The notes below the pieces were generated by a model that worked only from the letters and a program-made list of their open reading frames with translations, was not told the DNA's origin and did no database searches. Positions 1 through 9,503 of a stretch of DNA of 64,000 bases are shown here, piece after piece. The stretch comes from an uncultured Chloroflexia bacterium (lineage in GTDB: Bacteria; Chloroflexota; Limnocylindria; Limnocylindrales; CSP1-4). The stretch spans positions 96,001-160,000 of the forward strand of contig CAVQJC010000001.1 of NCBI GenBank assembly GCA_963712745.1, given 5' to 3'. Position 1 is the first letter of the stretch; the number at the start of each line of letters is the position of its first letter. Made by a program: the position numbers and the translations under genes.

Positions 1-334
1 TGTGTCGAAGGGCGTCCCGTCCGCATCGCTGGGTCGCACCTCCTCGACGAGGAGGCCACCAGCGAGGTCCGCGAGCATCGCGTGGCACTTGGTGCCACCG
101 AGGTCGATGCCGATGACGCATCCGGACGTGGCGTTGAAGGAGATCGCCCTGCGTGGACGTCCACCCGTGCTGACTCCCGGCTCCTCCCGCACAAGGTCGC
201 GGTCCACGAGCCGGCGGATGACGCGGCTGACAGTCGCTGCTGACAGGCCCAGGTTCTCGAGCGATCTCGGGCCTGGTGGTCGTTCCCTGGGCGTGGACGT
301 AGTCGAGGACCAGCTGCTCATTGAGCTGGAGCAT
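1..334 (-). CDS. ROK-family (NagC/XylR-like) transcriptional repressor, N-terminal part; runs off the window edge; 1-nt frameshift near 257
   Basis: Manual minus-strand translation: MLQLNEQLVLDYVHAQGTTTRPEIARE/LGLSAATVSRVIRRLV...STGGRPRRAISFNATSGCVIGIDLGGTK. This is a wHTH followed by the ROK GIDLGGT motif. It is absent from the ORF track, and the true start may lie slightly upstream. Confidence 0.85.
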   Translation of the reverse strand, partial: MLQLNEQLVLDYVHAQGTTTRPEIAREPGPVSSDCQPRHPPARGPRPCAGGAGSQHGWTSTQGDLLQRHVRMRHRHRPRWHQVPRDARGPRWWPPRRGGATQRCGRDALRH

Positions 335-414
335 GAGCCCGTGGCGGATGGCACCGGACTCCCCTGTGGTCGGGCCTCTGACCCCGGGGTCGCGCGGGCC
401 GGTACCGTCGTACC

Positions 415-461
415 TTTCTTGCATTCAGATAGAAACTATGCTATCCCTATGCCGGTGTCAA
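415..461. promoter_or_regulatory. Divergent promoter region with a candidate ROK operator
   Basis: Minus strand TTGACA-N17-TAGTTT (from 461); plus strand TTGCAT-N17-TATCCC (419-447); inverted repeat TTTCT-N11-AGAAA (415-435). Confidence 0.5.
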
Positions 462-506
462 GCGGCAGACGGCCACTGAGCTGGGCAGAAGGAGGTGAGG
501 ACAGCG

Positions 507-1696
507 ATGTTCGTCGAACGCCTGAAGAGGCTCAACCCGTCGCTGGTGACGGACGCCGTAGAGCTTCACCAGGCGGGTGACCTGCGCGCCAACACGTACC
601 TCATCGACACCGCCACGATGACGGCCAACACCCGCCTGATCCGGGCTGAGGCCGACCGCCTGGGCCTTCGCCTGTACGCGATGGCCAAGCAGTTCGGGCG
701 CAACCGCGATGGATGTGACGCGGTGGTCGAGGGCGGCATCGAATCATGCGTCGCCGTCGACATCCAGTGCATGGAAGCCGTGCAGAGAAGCAGCATGCGG
801 ATCGGCCATGTAGGACACCTCGTTCAGCCCCACCGCGGGGTCGAGGACGCGGTCGTCGCGGCTCAGCCCGAGGTCGTCACCGTCTTCCACGAGGACATCG
901 CGGAGCGCCTCGGTGCTGCCGCCAGGCGCGCGCAGACCGAACAAGCCGTACTCCTTCGAGTGGTCGCGCCTGGTGACCAGTTCTACTTCGGCCACGGCGG
1001 AGGGCTGCCGCTCGAGCACATCGAGGACCACGCGCGTCGTATCGACAGCATCGACGGCCTGCGCGTGGCCGGCGTGGTCAGCTTTCCGGCCCTGCTCGCC
1101 GATGCGGCGAACCGCAGGCTCGCGACTACGAACGAACCTGCGCACGGTGGTCGAGGCTGCGGAGCGCCTGGGCAAGGCTGGGTTCGAGATCGAACAGATC
1201 AATGCACCAGGCACGACCTCGTCGGGGGCACTGCGTCTGCTGTCCGAGGCTGGCGCCACGCACGCCGAGCCGGGCAACGGCCTCCACGGAACCACTCCCC
1301 TGATGGTCTTCGACGACGAGTCGCCGGAGGTCCCGGCGATCGTCTACATCTCAGAGGTGTCGCACTTCGACGGTGACGACGCCTACGTCTTCGGCGCCGG
1401 CCTGTACGTCGACAAGGTCCTTGGCGAGTACGGGCTGCGCGCCTTCTGCGGACGCGACGAGGCCATCCTCGATCAGCGTATATCCAGCCGAGATGGCCCC
1501 CGATGGCGCCATCCACTACTACGCCGTGCTCCACCTTCCCGCGCGCCACGACGTGCGGGTCGGCGACACGGCGGTCTTCTGCTTCCGGCCTCTGGTCTTC
1601 GTGACACGAGCTCGGACGCGAGCCCTCTTCAGGAACCACGACGGGACCGCGCGCCTTGGTGACGACGTACGACGCCAACGATGGTCGGGCCGTTGA
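507..1696 (+). CDS. YhfX-family PLP-dependent alanine-racemase-fold enzyme, split by frameshifts near 1135 and 1480
   Basis: MFVERLKRLNP...YAMAKQFGRN, GHLVQP, QINAPGTTS, THAEPGNGLHGTTP and FCFR..FVTR are spread over ORFs 495, 913 and 1373, collinear with E. coli YhfX as recalled. Confidence 0.8.
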
Positions 1697-1737
1697 TGGC
1701 GTGGCATAGCGGATCGAACAGGAGGAAGGATCCAGAG

Positions 1738-2420
1738 ATGAACAAGCGAGCACTATCACTGGCGATCAGCAGCGTACTGGCTGCCTCGCTGGCCGTGCCG
1801 GCGGCGGCCGCGGACGTCGACCTCGACGCGCCGACGGTGGGTCCCAACGGCGAGGCCAGCACGGCCGTCGCCGATATCCCGCCTCTTAGCGACGAGGAGG
1901 TCGCGCAGATCCAGGACGCGGGCTACAAGGCCGCCCTGATGTGGGCCGGCGCGGGCACCTGGTACAACGCCCTCACCAAGGGCGCCAAGGAGCGCTTCGA
2001 GGAGCTCGGCATCGAGGTCGTAGCCGAGGCCGAGGCCGACTTCGACATGGCCCGGCAGCAGACCGACCTCGAGACCACCATGGCGCTGCAGCCGGACATC
2101 ATCCTGAGCCTGCCGGTCGACCCGGTCGCAGGCACTGCAGCTTTCCGGCCGGCTGCCGACGCAGGTGCCGTGATCGTCTTCGTCGACAACGGCGTGGATG
2201 ACTTCGTGCCGGGAGAGGACTACGCCTCCATCGTCACGGGCGACCACTTCGAGATGGGCAAGACGGCCGCGCAGTTGATGTCCGACGCCATCGGCGGCGC
2301 AGGCAAGATCGGCTTCATCTTCCACGACGCGGTCTACTACGTGACCAACAACCGCGACGCCTACGCCAAGGCGGCGTTCGAGCAGCTCTACCCGGACATC
2401 GAGATCGTGGCCGAGCAGGG
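1738..2420 (+). pseudogene. Sugar ABC transporter substrate-binding protein (RbsB-like), truncated after ...PDIEIVAEQG
   Basis: Signal peptide, DIILSLPVDP and GKIGFIFHD motifs; RBS GGAGG. After 2420 the frame reads into the antisense strand of gluQ. Confidence 0.75.
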
Positions 2421-2475
2421 CAGGGCGAGATGTTCCTGCGTTCGCGAGCGGGGTGGTGGCCGACGAGTCGAACGC

Positions 2476-3387
2476 TCAGGCCAGGTGCGGCGCGGTGACC
2501 GGATCAAGGGGGATGCCGGCGGGGTCGAAGCGGCCGATGAGCCGGTCCATGGTGACGACCTCGCCTGGTGCCGCCAGGTCCAACGAGCGGGCGATCCAGC
2601 CGACCACATCGGCGATGGGCACGCCGGCCGCCCGAAGCTGGGACAGCGTGACCGCGCCATCGCGCTTGGAGAGGCGCTCGCCGGCATCGTTGAGCACGAG
2701 CGGGACGTGCAGGTAGTCGGGCGTCGGATACCCCAGCAGCCGCTGCAGGAGGACCTGGCGTGGTGTCGAGCTGAGCAGGTCATCGCCGCGCACGACCTCC
2801 GACACTGACTGGGCGGCATCGTCGACCACGACCGCCACGTTGTAGGCGGGCGTGCCGTCGTTGCGGCGGAGCACGAAGTCATCGACACCGCCTGACACCC
2901 GCCCAGCCACGGCGTCGACGAACTCGACCCGTTGACCATCGGCACGCAGACGGAGAGCCGGAGTTCGGCCGGCCGCTCGCAGCTCCTGTCGCCGTCGTGG
3001 ATCGAGATCCCGGCAAGTGCCGGGATAGGCGTCGGGCGGCAGGTGGGGTGCACTGGGAGCGCCTTCGATCTCGTCACGGATCTGGCGCCTGGTGCAATAG
3101 CACTCGTACACCAAGCCGTCGGCCCGGAGCTGGTCGATGGCCGCCTCGTAGAGGGGGAAGCGGACGGACTGGCGGATGGGCTCGCCGTCCCAGTCAAGGC
3201 CGACCGCAGCCAGATCGGCGAGCTGGGTCTGCTCGTGCTCCACGCCGGACCGCTGGCGGTCGAGGTCCTCCACACGCACGAGGAAGGGCCTGCCGGCCGA
3301 GCGCGCTGACAGCCAGGCCACCGTCGCGGTGCGGAGATTGCCCAGGTGGAGCTCCCCTGAAGGCGATGGCGCGAACCGACCTGTCAT
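2476..3387 (-). CDS. gluQ: Glutamyl-Q tRNA(Asp) synthetase
   Basis: RFAPSPSGELHLGN (HIGH), RVEDLD, CYCTR, VVRGDDLL and LSKR motifs; ~300 aa with no anticodon-binding domain. Confidence 0.92.
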   Translation of the reverse strand: MTGRFAPSPSGELHLGNLRTATVAWLSARSAGRPFLVRVEDLDRQRSGVEHEQTQLADLAAVGLDWDGEPIRQSVRFPLYEAAIDQLRADGLVYECYCTRRQIRDEIEGAPSAPHLPPDAYPGTCRDLDPRRRQELRAAGRTPALRLRADGQRVEFVDAVAGRVSGGVDDFVLRRNDGTPAYNVAVVVDDAAQSVSEVVRGDDLLSSTPRQVLLQRLLGYPTPDYLHVPLVLNDAGERLSKRDGAVTLSQLRAAGVPIADVVGWIARSLDLAAPGEVVTMDRLIGRFDPAGIPLDPVTAPHLA

Positions 3388-3524
3388 GTGCCTATTCTGT
3401 GCGGCGCGCGAACTCGTGGCCTATGCGCGTGCCCGGACTGGCGAATCTCACCCGATCCGGCGGAAAGCGTGAGCGGACAGCGGGGCGCAGAATGGGGGCC
3501 AATCCCCACCTAGAAAGGAAGACC

Positions 3525-3983
3525 ATGACCGAAAGATCGATCGACGAGCTGGGGCCCGTCGATTACCTGATCGTCGAGTTCCCGGCCGGGCAGCAGAACT
3601 TCACCGGCGAGGGCGCCGACGAGCTGCTCAAGCTCCATGACGCCGGCATCATCCGCCTCATGGACCTGGTCATCATGATCAAGGCCGAGGACGGGTCAGT
3701 GGACGCCATGGAGCTGTCCGATGTGCCGGACCTGGGCGACTTCACCCGCATCGAGGCGGAGCTGGCTGAGACCCTGGCAGCCGACGACGTCATCGAACTC
3801 GCGAGCGTCATGGAACCCGGCAGCGTCGCCGCTGCCATCGTCTATGAGAACCTCTGGGCCGCGCCCTTCGCCTCCGCCCTGCGTCGCGCCGGTGCCCGGT
3901 TGGTCGCCGACGGACGCATCCCCACCCAGGACCTCATCGCCGCGGTCGAAGCCGACGCGGCACTCGAAGCAGAAGGAGCCTGA
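3525..3983 (+). CDS. Small acidic protein, DUF6325-like
   Basis: RBS AAAGGA; LGPVDYLIVEFP...IRLMDLV...YENLWAAPF...ADGRIP matches the family as recalled. Confidence 0.7.
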   Translation: MTERSIDELGPVDYLIVEFPAGQQNFTGEGADELLKLHDAGIIRLMDLVIMIKAEDGSVDAMELSDVPDLGDFTRIEAELAETLAADDVIELASVMEPGSVAAAIVYENLWAAPFASALRRAGARLVADGRIPTQDLIAAVEADAALEAEGA

Positions 3984-3984
3984 A

Positions 3985-4164
3985 ATGCCGCTCAGACCGT
4001 CCCGCGTCGCCAAGGCCGCGGTCGTCACCTCGGTCGCCAAGCCCGGTCCCTCGCCGGTAGCCAAGGCCGCCGTGGTCGGCGCTGCCGTCAAGCCCGGTCC
4101 CTCTCCGGTAGCCAAGGCCGCCGTGGTCGGCGCCGTGGTCACTCCGGGCCGGCGCCGCTTCTAG
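3985..4164 (+). CDS. 59-aa basic/hydrophobic peptide with three 17-aa repeats
   Basis: RBS AGAAGGAG; ATG 2 nt after the upstream stop; repeat VAKAAVVxxxxKPGPSP with codon changes mostly synonymous. Confidence 0.7.
   Translation: MPLRPSRVAKAAVVTSVAKPGPSPVAKAAVVGAAVKPGPSPVAKAAVVGAVVTPGRRRF
4006..4149 (+). repeat. 51-bp tandem repeat, about 2.8 units, coding
   Basis: Units gt(c/a)gccaaggccgc...aagcccggtccctc(g/t)ccg start at 4006, 4057 and 4108. Confidence 0.9.
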
Positions 4165-4195
4165 CCACTCCATCCGCGAGTCATCGCGACCTCGA

Positions 4196-4227
4196 CGACC
4201 CCCTCCCGCCGGTCGGGCTGGGGGTCG
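4196..4227 (+). terminator. GC-rich hairpin after the peptide gene
   Basis: CGACCCC...CCCG-CCGGT-CGGG...GGGGTCG; no U tract. Confidence 0.35.
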
Positions 4228-4426
4228 TTCCATGTACTCGACATGCCCGACGGTGGTGCCCACATCATCCGAACAGGGTGAAAGCCGAGGTACGGACATC
4301 CCCCGAAGTGAGGGAACATGGCTGCGGTCTCACCGCATGGGTGCTCGCTGAGAACGTGCGTACCCAAGGAGCCGGACCGGCAAAGGGCGTTGGGCCTCAA
4401 GCTCGGCGACCAGATAGGGAGGCACG

Positions 4427-4692
4427 ATGCCAGGACGAAGAGGACCGGGACGCGGACGAGGACCTGCCCAGTCGCACGGGGGATGCGACGTCGTCGCCGT
4501 CGTCGACGGGTGCTGGTCGGCGGCATGCTCGCTTTCGGCGCCTACAAGATGGCCAAGTCCCAGTCCGAGCAGATCCAGCAGCGCAACGGTGTGGATCCTG
4601 AGGAGATGACCGACCAGGAACTGGGGCAGGCGATGGACGAACTCGGCATCGAGAAGCAGCAAGTCACCGACGCGGACCAGGACGCCGGCTAG
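4427..4692 (+). CDS. Small Arg-rich membrane-anchored protein, probable 1-nt frameshift near 4467
   Basis: RBS GGGAGG, then MPGRRGPGRGRGP/PVARGMRRRRRRRRVLVGGMLAFGAYKM...EEMTDQELGQAMDELGIE. Confidence 0.5.
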
Positions 4693-4779
4693 GGCTAGAC
4701 ACACCTGCTCCCGACCGAAACTCGGGGTATCCGCGCCGACCTGTTGTCGGTACCATGCCTGCACAGAGGGAGGTGGTTC

Positions 4780-5109
4780 GTGATCCTACTCGGGTGTCTC
4801 GTCGCATTCGGAGCCGCGGTCGCGCCGCGAGTCATTCTCATCCTGGCCTGGATCTTCAGCGAGCGCTGGGCCCTGGTGTGGGAAGGCCAGGTGTTGGCGC
4901 CCCTGCTTGGGATCATCCTTCTTCCCTACACGACGATCATGTTCATGCTCGCCGTGACCGTCACACCGACCGGCATCACCATCGAAGGCTTCGCCTGGTT
5001 GTGGCTCGCCCTGGGCCTGTTCCTCGATCTGTGGAAGTGGAGCGCCATCGTCGCCAATCGCCAGGTCGGATACCAGTACGGGAGCTCTATCTACAAGAGC
5101 CAGCAGTAG
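4780..5109 (+). CDS. Small multi-TM membrane protein
   Basis: Hydrophobic GCLVAFGAAVAPRVILILAWIF...PLLGIILLPYTT...WLWLALGLFLD; RBS GGAGG. Confidence 0.7.
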   Translation: MILLGCLVAFGAAVAPRVILILAWIFSERWALVWEGQVLAPLLGIILLPYTTIMFMLAVTVTPTGITIEGFAWLWLALGLFLDLWKWSAIVANRQVGYQYGSSIYKSQQ

Positions 5110-5153
5110 CCCAGGGCCGCATCGGCGTTGGCGGATGGTGGCCGAGCTCGAGC

Positions 5154-5410
5154 CTGCGTCACGCCTCGGTGTGTCGCGCCCGCTGCGGACTCGGCCTGGA
5201 CATGCGCCGTCGGGACAGCCGCGCCGTCGCGCTCGCCTGGTTGGTGCAGGGGCGTGGCGTGGTGAGCGCGCGGGATGTGGCGTACCGTCTGGCCCATCCG
5301 CGCATACGCAGCGCCCGCTGGTGAACGGGAGGAGTTGGCTCCGGCAGTAGGATCCGAACCTGCGACCGATCGGTTGAAGCCGCCCGCTTCGACGGTCTTG
5401 CGAGCGACCG
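5154..5410. mobile_element. Degenerate integrase-tail plus tRNA-Asn 3'-half att-like remnant (copy A)
   Basis: ctgcgtcacgc (LRHA) at 5154; TGGCTCCGGCAGTAGGATCCGAACCTGCGACCGATCGGTTGAAGCCG at 5336 is the reverse complement of a tRNA from anticodon arm to CCA; downstream GACGGTC is shared with copy C. Confidence 0.75.
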
Positions 5411-5751
5411 GTCCGGCTACCTTGGACCCCGATACTTGCGGGGTCGTTCATCGGCGTGCGCGACGACTCATTACTGCTCCTCGGGTACCCCCGGCCGCGC
5501 CTCGAACATTGGCGACCGCAAGCACAGGGGAGGCTGGCGCCCTGGGCGCGTCGATGGTGACGGGTGGCAACACCTAGCGGGCGTCACTGGCCCCCTCGGC
5601 CACTCTCCTCGATACACTCGGACTCCCTGTTTGTGTACCCGCCTGCACCGGACTGGACCGATCGCACCTTGGCGTCCCCAGGCAGGTGGTCGGCCAGCCT
5701 GCCGCCGATGTTCGGGTGGCGCCAATCGAGGGTGCCGCAGAGTCGAGGAGG

Positions 5752-6426
5752 ATGGGCGTTGTGGGGGACCAAGCACGACCTGACGAGCTTCGCGGGAGTC
5801 GACCTGGTGACCACTTGGTGCCCGATCCAACTCGCCACCAGCGCGGCCAGGCATTGGCCGAGTTCACCCTGGTGGTCCCGATCCTGCTGCTGCTTCTGCT
5901 GACCGCCGGAGACTTCGGGCGCTTCTTCGCTGCGGGCATCACCGTCGAGTCGATCACTCGCACCGCGGCCGAGTACGCGGCTCGCGAGTACCTCCGGGAG
6001 GAAGCAGCGGCCGGAGGCGCGCCGCTGAGCGCTGCCGCCTATGCCAGAGTGCATGCCTACGCGTGGGAAACCGTGTGCGAAGAGGCGGCAGGACTGCCGG
6101 GCGTCGCGACTGGTAGCCACGGCGACGAGTGCTCGGGCATACCCACCGTGGTCTGCGTCCACGACCTCTCAGATCCCGACTGCGCCAATGGCTACAACGA
6201 TGCCGGCGGTATCCCGCCAGATTGCGCGAGCCTGCTTCCGACGAACCGCCCCACGAGCACCATCGGCGGCAGCGAAGCAAGTCGCTACGTGGAGGTCCGG
6301 GTCTGCTACCCGTTCTCGACCCTCCTCCCGGTGGACGGCATCACCTCGGTTGGCGGCCCCCTGGCTCCGCTCTCCGGATCTTTCTACATCGAGCGAGAGC
6401 GGGCATTCGTCGTGGTGGACTACTGA
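5752..6426 (+). CDS. TadE-like minor pilin/pseudopilin
   Basis: RGQALAEFTLVVPILLLLL prepilin motif, TRTAAEYAA, YVEVRVCYPF; Cys-rich. Confidence 0.85.
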   Translation: MGVVGDQARPDELRGSRPGDHLVPDPTRHQRGQALAEFTLVVPILLLLLLTAGDFGRFFAAGITVESITRTAAEYAAREYLREEAAAGGAPLSAAAYARVHAYAWETVCEEAAGLPGVATGSHGDECSGIPTVVCVHDLSDPDCANGYNDAGGIPPDCASLLPTNRPTSTIGGSEASRYVEVRVCYPFSTLLPVDGITSVGGPLAPLSGSFYIERERAFVVVDY

Positions 6427-7130
6427 TGCGCAACTCACAGACTGTTGCTCGCGCTCGGTCCCGACGCGGACAGGTGCTCGTTGAATTCGCGCTGGTCATC
6501 CCTATGGCGGCCTTGGTAATCTTCGGGATCATCAGCCTCGGACTGTGGGTCTTCTACCAGCAGCAGGCGACCAACGTCGCGCGCGAGGCCGCCCGCTATG
6601 CGGCAATCCACAGCTCAGAGGCGGTGTGCCCGACGTCCTCGTGGCGAGACCCTCAGGCGCCGCCGCAGTCGTATCGACCGTTCCCCCTGCATTGCGACGG
6701 CCCGGCCAATCCAGCCGACCCATATCCCTGGCCGCGCATGACTGACCACGCCAGGGGCTTCGTCTGGGGCACGGATCCCGAAGAGGTGTTCGTCAACGCT
6801 TGCTGGTCTGGCTACCGCCGCCCCGGCTCGGACCCGTCGGCAAACGCGGACTGGCCAGCGGCCGAGTCTGATGGGGCCGGCGGCGTGCAGTTGAACACGT
6901 ACGAGCCGTGCACGATCGCCGGCCTCGACCCCGCCACGCAGGGCGGGGCACTCGGGTGCGACTACGGTTTGACATCTCCGAGCGACGACAGCGGTAGCGA
7001 CATCCCGGGCAACCAAGTGACGGCCTATGCGTGCTTCGCGTGGTCCCCACCGATGGCCGGGTTCCTCTTGATCCCCGAGAGTGTCGTCATGAAAGCGGTA
7101 GTGACGGAGGTCATACACGATCAGCAATGA
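6426..7130 (+). CDS. TadE-like minor pilin/pseudopilin
   Basis: RGQVLVEFALVIP, NVAREAARYAAIH; start overlaps the upstream stop. Confidence 0.85.
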   Translation: MRNSQTVARARSRRGQVLVEFALVIPMAALVIFGIISLGLWVFYQQQATNVAREAARYAAIHSSEAVCPTSSWRDPQAPPQSYRPFPLHCDGPANPADPYPWPRMTDHARGFVWGTDPEEVFVNACWSGYRRPGSDPSANADWPAAESDGAGGVQLNTYEPCTIAGLDPATQGGALGCDYGLTSPSDDSGSDIPGNQVTAYACFAWSPPMAGFLLIPESVVMKAVVTEVIHDQQ

Positions 7131-8692
7131 ACGCACGACGCCGGCCCCATTCCGATCCACAGCGCGCTCGTGGGCAGACATTGCCGATCTTTGCGCTGGG
7201 GCTGGTCGCTCTCCTCGCCATCACGGCCCTCGTCGTCGACGTCGGCTTCGTCTTCATGATCCGGCGCCACGAGCAGAACGCGACCGATCCCGGGGCACTG
7301 GCTGCGGCCCGCTACATCCCGACTGGCAATCGCTCGCAGATGTGGGCCGGGGCGTGCTCCTATGCCCTTCGGAACGGGTTCCATCCCGCGCGAACCGACA
7401 ACGGTGCGCCCTGTGACCCGACCGGTGTGGTCGATGACTCCACACTGACTGTCAATTGGCCGCCCGGGCAGTCCGCGGGTGAGTACGCCGGGAGCCCTGG
7501 TTACGTCGAGGTCATCGTCACCCGTCCGCACCGAAGCTTCTTCGCTGGGATCATGGGGATGCCAACCTTCACGGTTTCAACAGGCGCTGTGGCCGCGTTC
7601 GACGAAGGGACCGGTGGCTCCAGCTCGCTCGTGTCGCTCTCACCGAAGGGTTGTCCCGGCGAAGCCGCCGCGAAAATCAACGGGGGTGGCGGCGATGGCG
7701 GGATCTACATCTTCCCAGCGGCCGGTGTCACGGACCCGGGCGGCTACATCCAGGTCAACTCGCCGTGTGGCGCTCCGGCCAATTCCGGAGACGACGCGTG
7801 CATCGGGAGCCAAGCTGGCTTCATCCTCAACGGCGGAGCGGAGGTTCATGCACCCGCGTTGTTCGTCCAGGGATCGTGCGGCCAGTCGGGCGCGGCGGGC
7901 ACGGTCGACATCGATACGATCGACGAGGGGGCCTCGTACGTGGGCGACCCACTGTCGCTAGTCAGGCCACCTGACCCAGGTGACCTCGTGACCAGGGAGT
8001 GCCCGGGGGCGCCAGCCGGTCAGTCAGGGACCGCGGGCAACCCTCAAGCCTGCAGGCTCAAAGCAGACGCGACGTTGTCGCCCGGAACGTACTACGGTGG
8101 GTGGGACATCACGAAGCCCGACACGACAATCACGCTCGAGCCCGGAATCTACGTCATGGCCGGCGGGGGAATCAAGCAGAACGGCGGTTCGCTTACGTCG
8201 GCCAGCGGTCGCGTCCTCATCTACAGCACGGACGCGCCGCTGTTCCGAACCAGCTGCCTGGCTGGCGGGGGAAGCCCCGCCCAGTGCCAGGATGACATCA
8301 TCCTCAACGGGAGCGGTGCACTGAGCCTGCGCGGGCTGGACCGCGATTCCCCGTGTCCGCCGTACAGCGGACCCGCCGGTTGCCCGTACGGGGGGATGCT
8401 CGTCTGGCAGGATGGGTCGGGCAGCGGCGCCCACACCGGGAGGGCGGACATCGACATCGGTGGTGGTGCGAGCCTCGACATCGAGGGCACGATCTACTCG
8501 GCCGGGGGTCACGTGGACATGCTCGGCAATGGCGTCGGAACGGGTTGCACGCCCGACACCGACGGGAACACGAACTGCGCGGCAGTCCAAATCATCGCCG
8601 ACACATTCCAGGTGGGTGGGGCTGCAGTCCTCGAGATGCCATACGATCCGGATGACTTCTATCACCTGACGCTGAAAGGCTTGGTGCGCTAG
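7127..8692 (+). CDS. TadG-like pilus-associated protein with a large Gly/Cys-rich beta-rich C-terminal (adhesin-like) region
   Basis: RGQTLPIFALGLVALLAITALVVDVG...EQNATDPGALAAA Tad N-domain; LSPGTYYGG and LEPGIYVM repeats. Confidence 0.8.
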   Translation: MNARRRPHSDPQRARGQTLPIFALGLVALLAITALVVDVGFVFMIRRHEQNATDPGALAAARYIPTGNRSQMWAGACSYALRNGFHPARTDNGAPCDPTGVVDDSTLTVNWPPGQSAGEYAGSPGYVEVIVTRPHRSFFAGIMGMPTFTVSTGAVAAFDEGTGGSSSLVSLSPKGCPGEAAAKINGGGGDGGIYIFPAAGVTDPGGYIQVNSPCGAPANSGDDACIGSQAGFILNGGAEVHAPALFVQGSCGQSGAAGTVDIDTIDEGASYVGDPLSLVRPPDPGDLVTRECPGAPAGQSGTAGNPQACRLKADATLSPGTYYGGWDITKPDTTITLEPGIYVMAGGGIKQNGGSLTSASGRVLIYSTDAPLFRTSCLAGGGSPAQCQDDIILNGSGALSLRGLDRDSPCPPYSGPAGCPYGGMLVWQDGSGSGAHTGRADIDIGGGASLDIEGTIYSAGGHVDMLGNGVGTGCTPDTDGNTNCAAVQIIADTFQVGGAAVLEMPYDPDDFYHLTLKGLVR

Positions 8693-8799
8693 GCACGGAG
8701 CCTGACGAACAAGCTCACACATCGGGCTCCCATGCTATGGCTCCGGGGCGGCGCCGGCAGGTCTTAGGCGCTGAAGAACAAGTCTTCCCGGCCTCGGAG

Positions 8800-9013
8800 G
8801 AGCCCACGAGGCGCTATTGCGGCATGCGCCCCGCAACCAGAGACGAGGCCCGCTCCGCCTAATCACCGCGGCGCAACCGCGCGATGCGGCCGGCCTCCTC
8901 GATCAGGCGCTGTCAGCCGAGATCTCGTCAGTCCCGGGTCCCGAAAACGGGGTCGTTGGGAGTGACACCAAGTCGCCCAAACAAGGAACCACGCGGGGAA
9001 AGTGGCTCCGGCG
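8800..9013. mobile_element. Integrase-tail plus tRNA fragment att-like remnant (copy B), cut by IS481
   Basis: ALLRHA...ITAAQPRDAAGLLDQAL aligns with copy C (ELLRHA...VTAARRREAADLLELA). DNA 8922-9013 is collinear with 31981-32074 and ends TGGCTCCGGCG. Confidence 0.8.
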
Positions 9014-9017
9014 AGAG

Positions 9018-9356
9018 TGTCTGAGTTCGCGACATAGGTGACGACTGATGGGCGACTGGTGAGTCGGGACATGCGTGGCAGTCGGGCGCGTGTCGACGCA
9101 CCGGGTGGCCGTCCTCAGGATCGTCACAACGCAGTCGTCCGTCACCGCCGCCGCAGCCGAGTACGGGCTCAGTCGGGGACACCTGCACCGTCTCTTGCGT
9201 CGGTACCGGGGCGGCGGGCTCGACGCCCTCGAGCCCCGGTCACCATTCGCCTGGCACCTCGAGCGAGAAGGACTCTCGGTCCCAACGACCTCGACCATCC
9301 GGCGCATCCTCCTCGCGGCGGCCCTGGTCGTGCCGGCGCCGCTCGGTCTCGGCTGA
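9018..9356 (+). mobile_element. IS481-family remnant: left end plus internally deleted transposase N-terminus
   Basis: TGTCTGAGTTCGCGACATAGGTGAC terminus; VTAAAAEYGLSRGHLHRLLRRYRGGGLDALEPRS HTH and WHLEREGLSVPTTSTIRRIL; no DDE domain. Confidence 0.8.
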
Positions 9357-9503
9357 TCGCCATGATCATGCCATGGTGTGTACGCCGTCGCTGATTCGTG
9401 CCATCCCACCCGAGACCGCACCTTTGGGCTGCGCGGGAGTCTGTCGGGTCCGGGGCCCTTCCGTCGGAGCGTAGAATCGAGGCGCAACTGAAGGTACGCC
9501 ACC

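Noticed and set aside
8738-8760. TGGCTCCGG as another tRNA end
   Set aside because: A 9-nt match only, expected by chance at this GC content.
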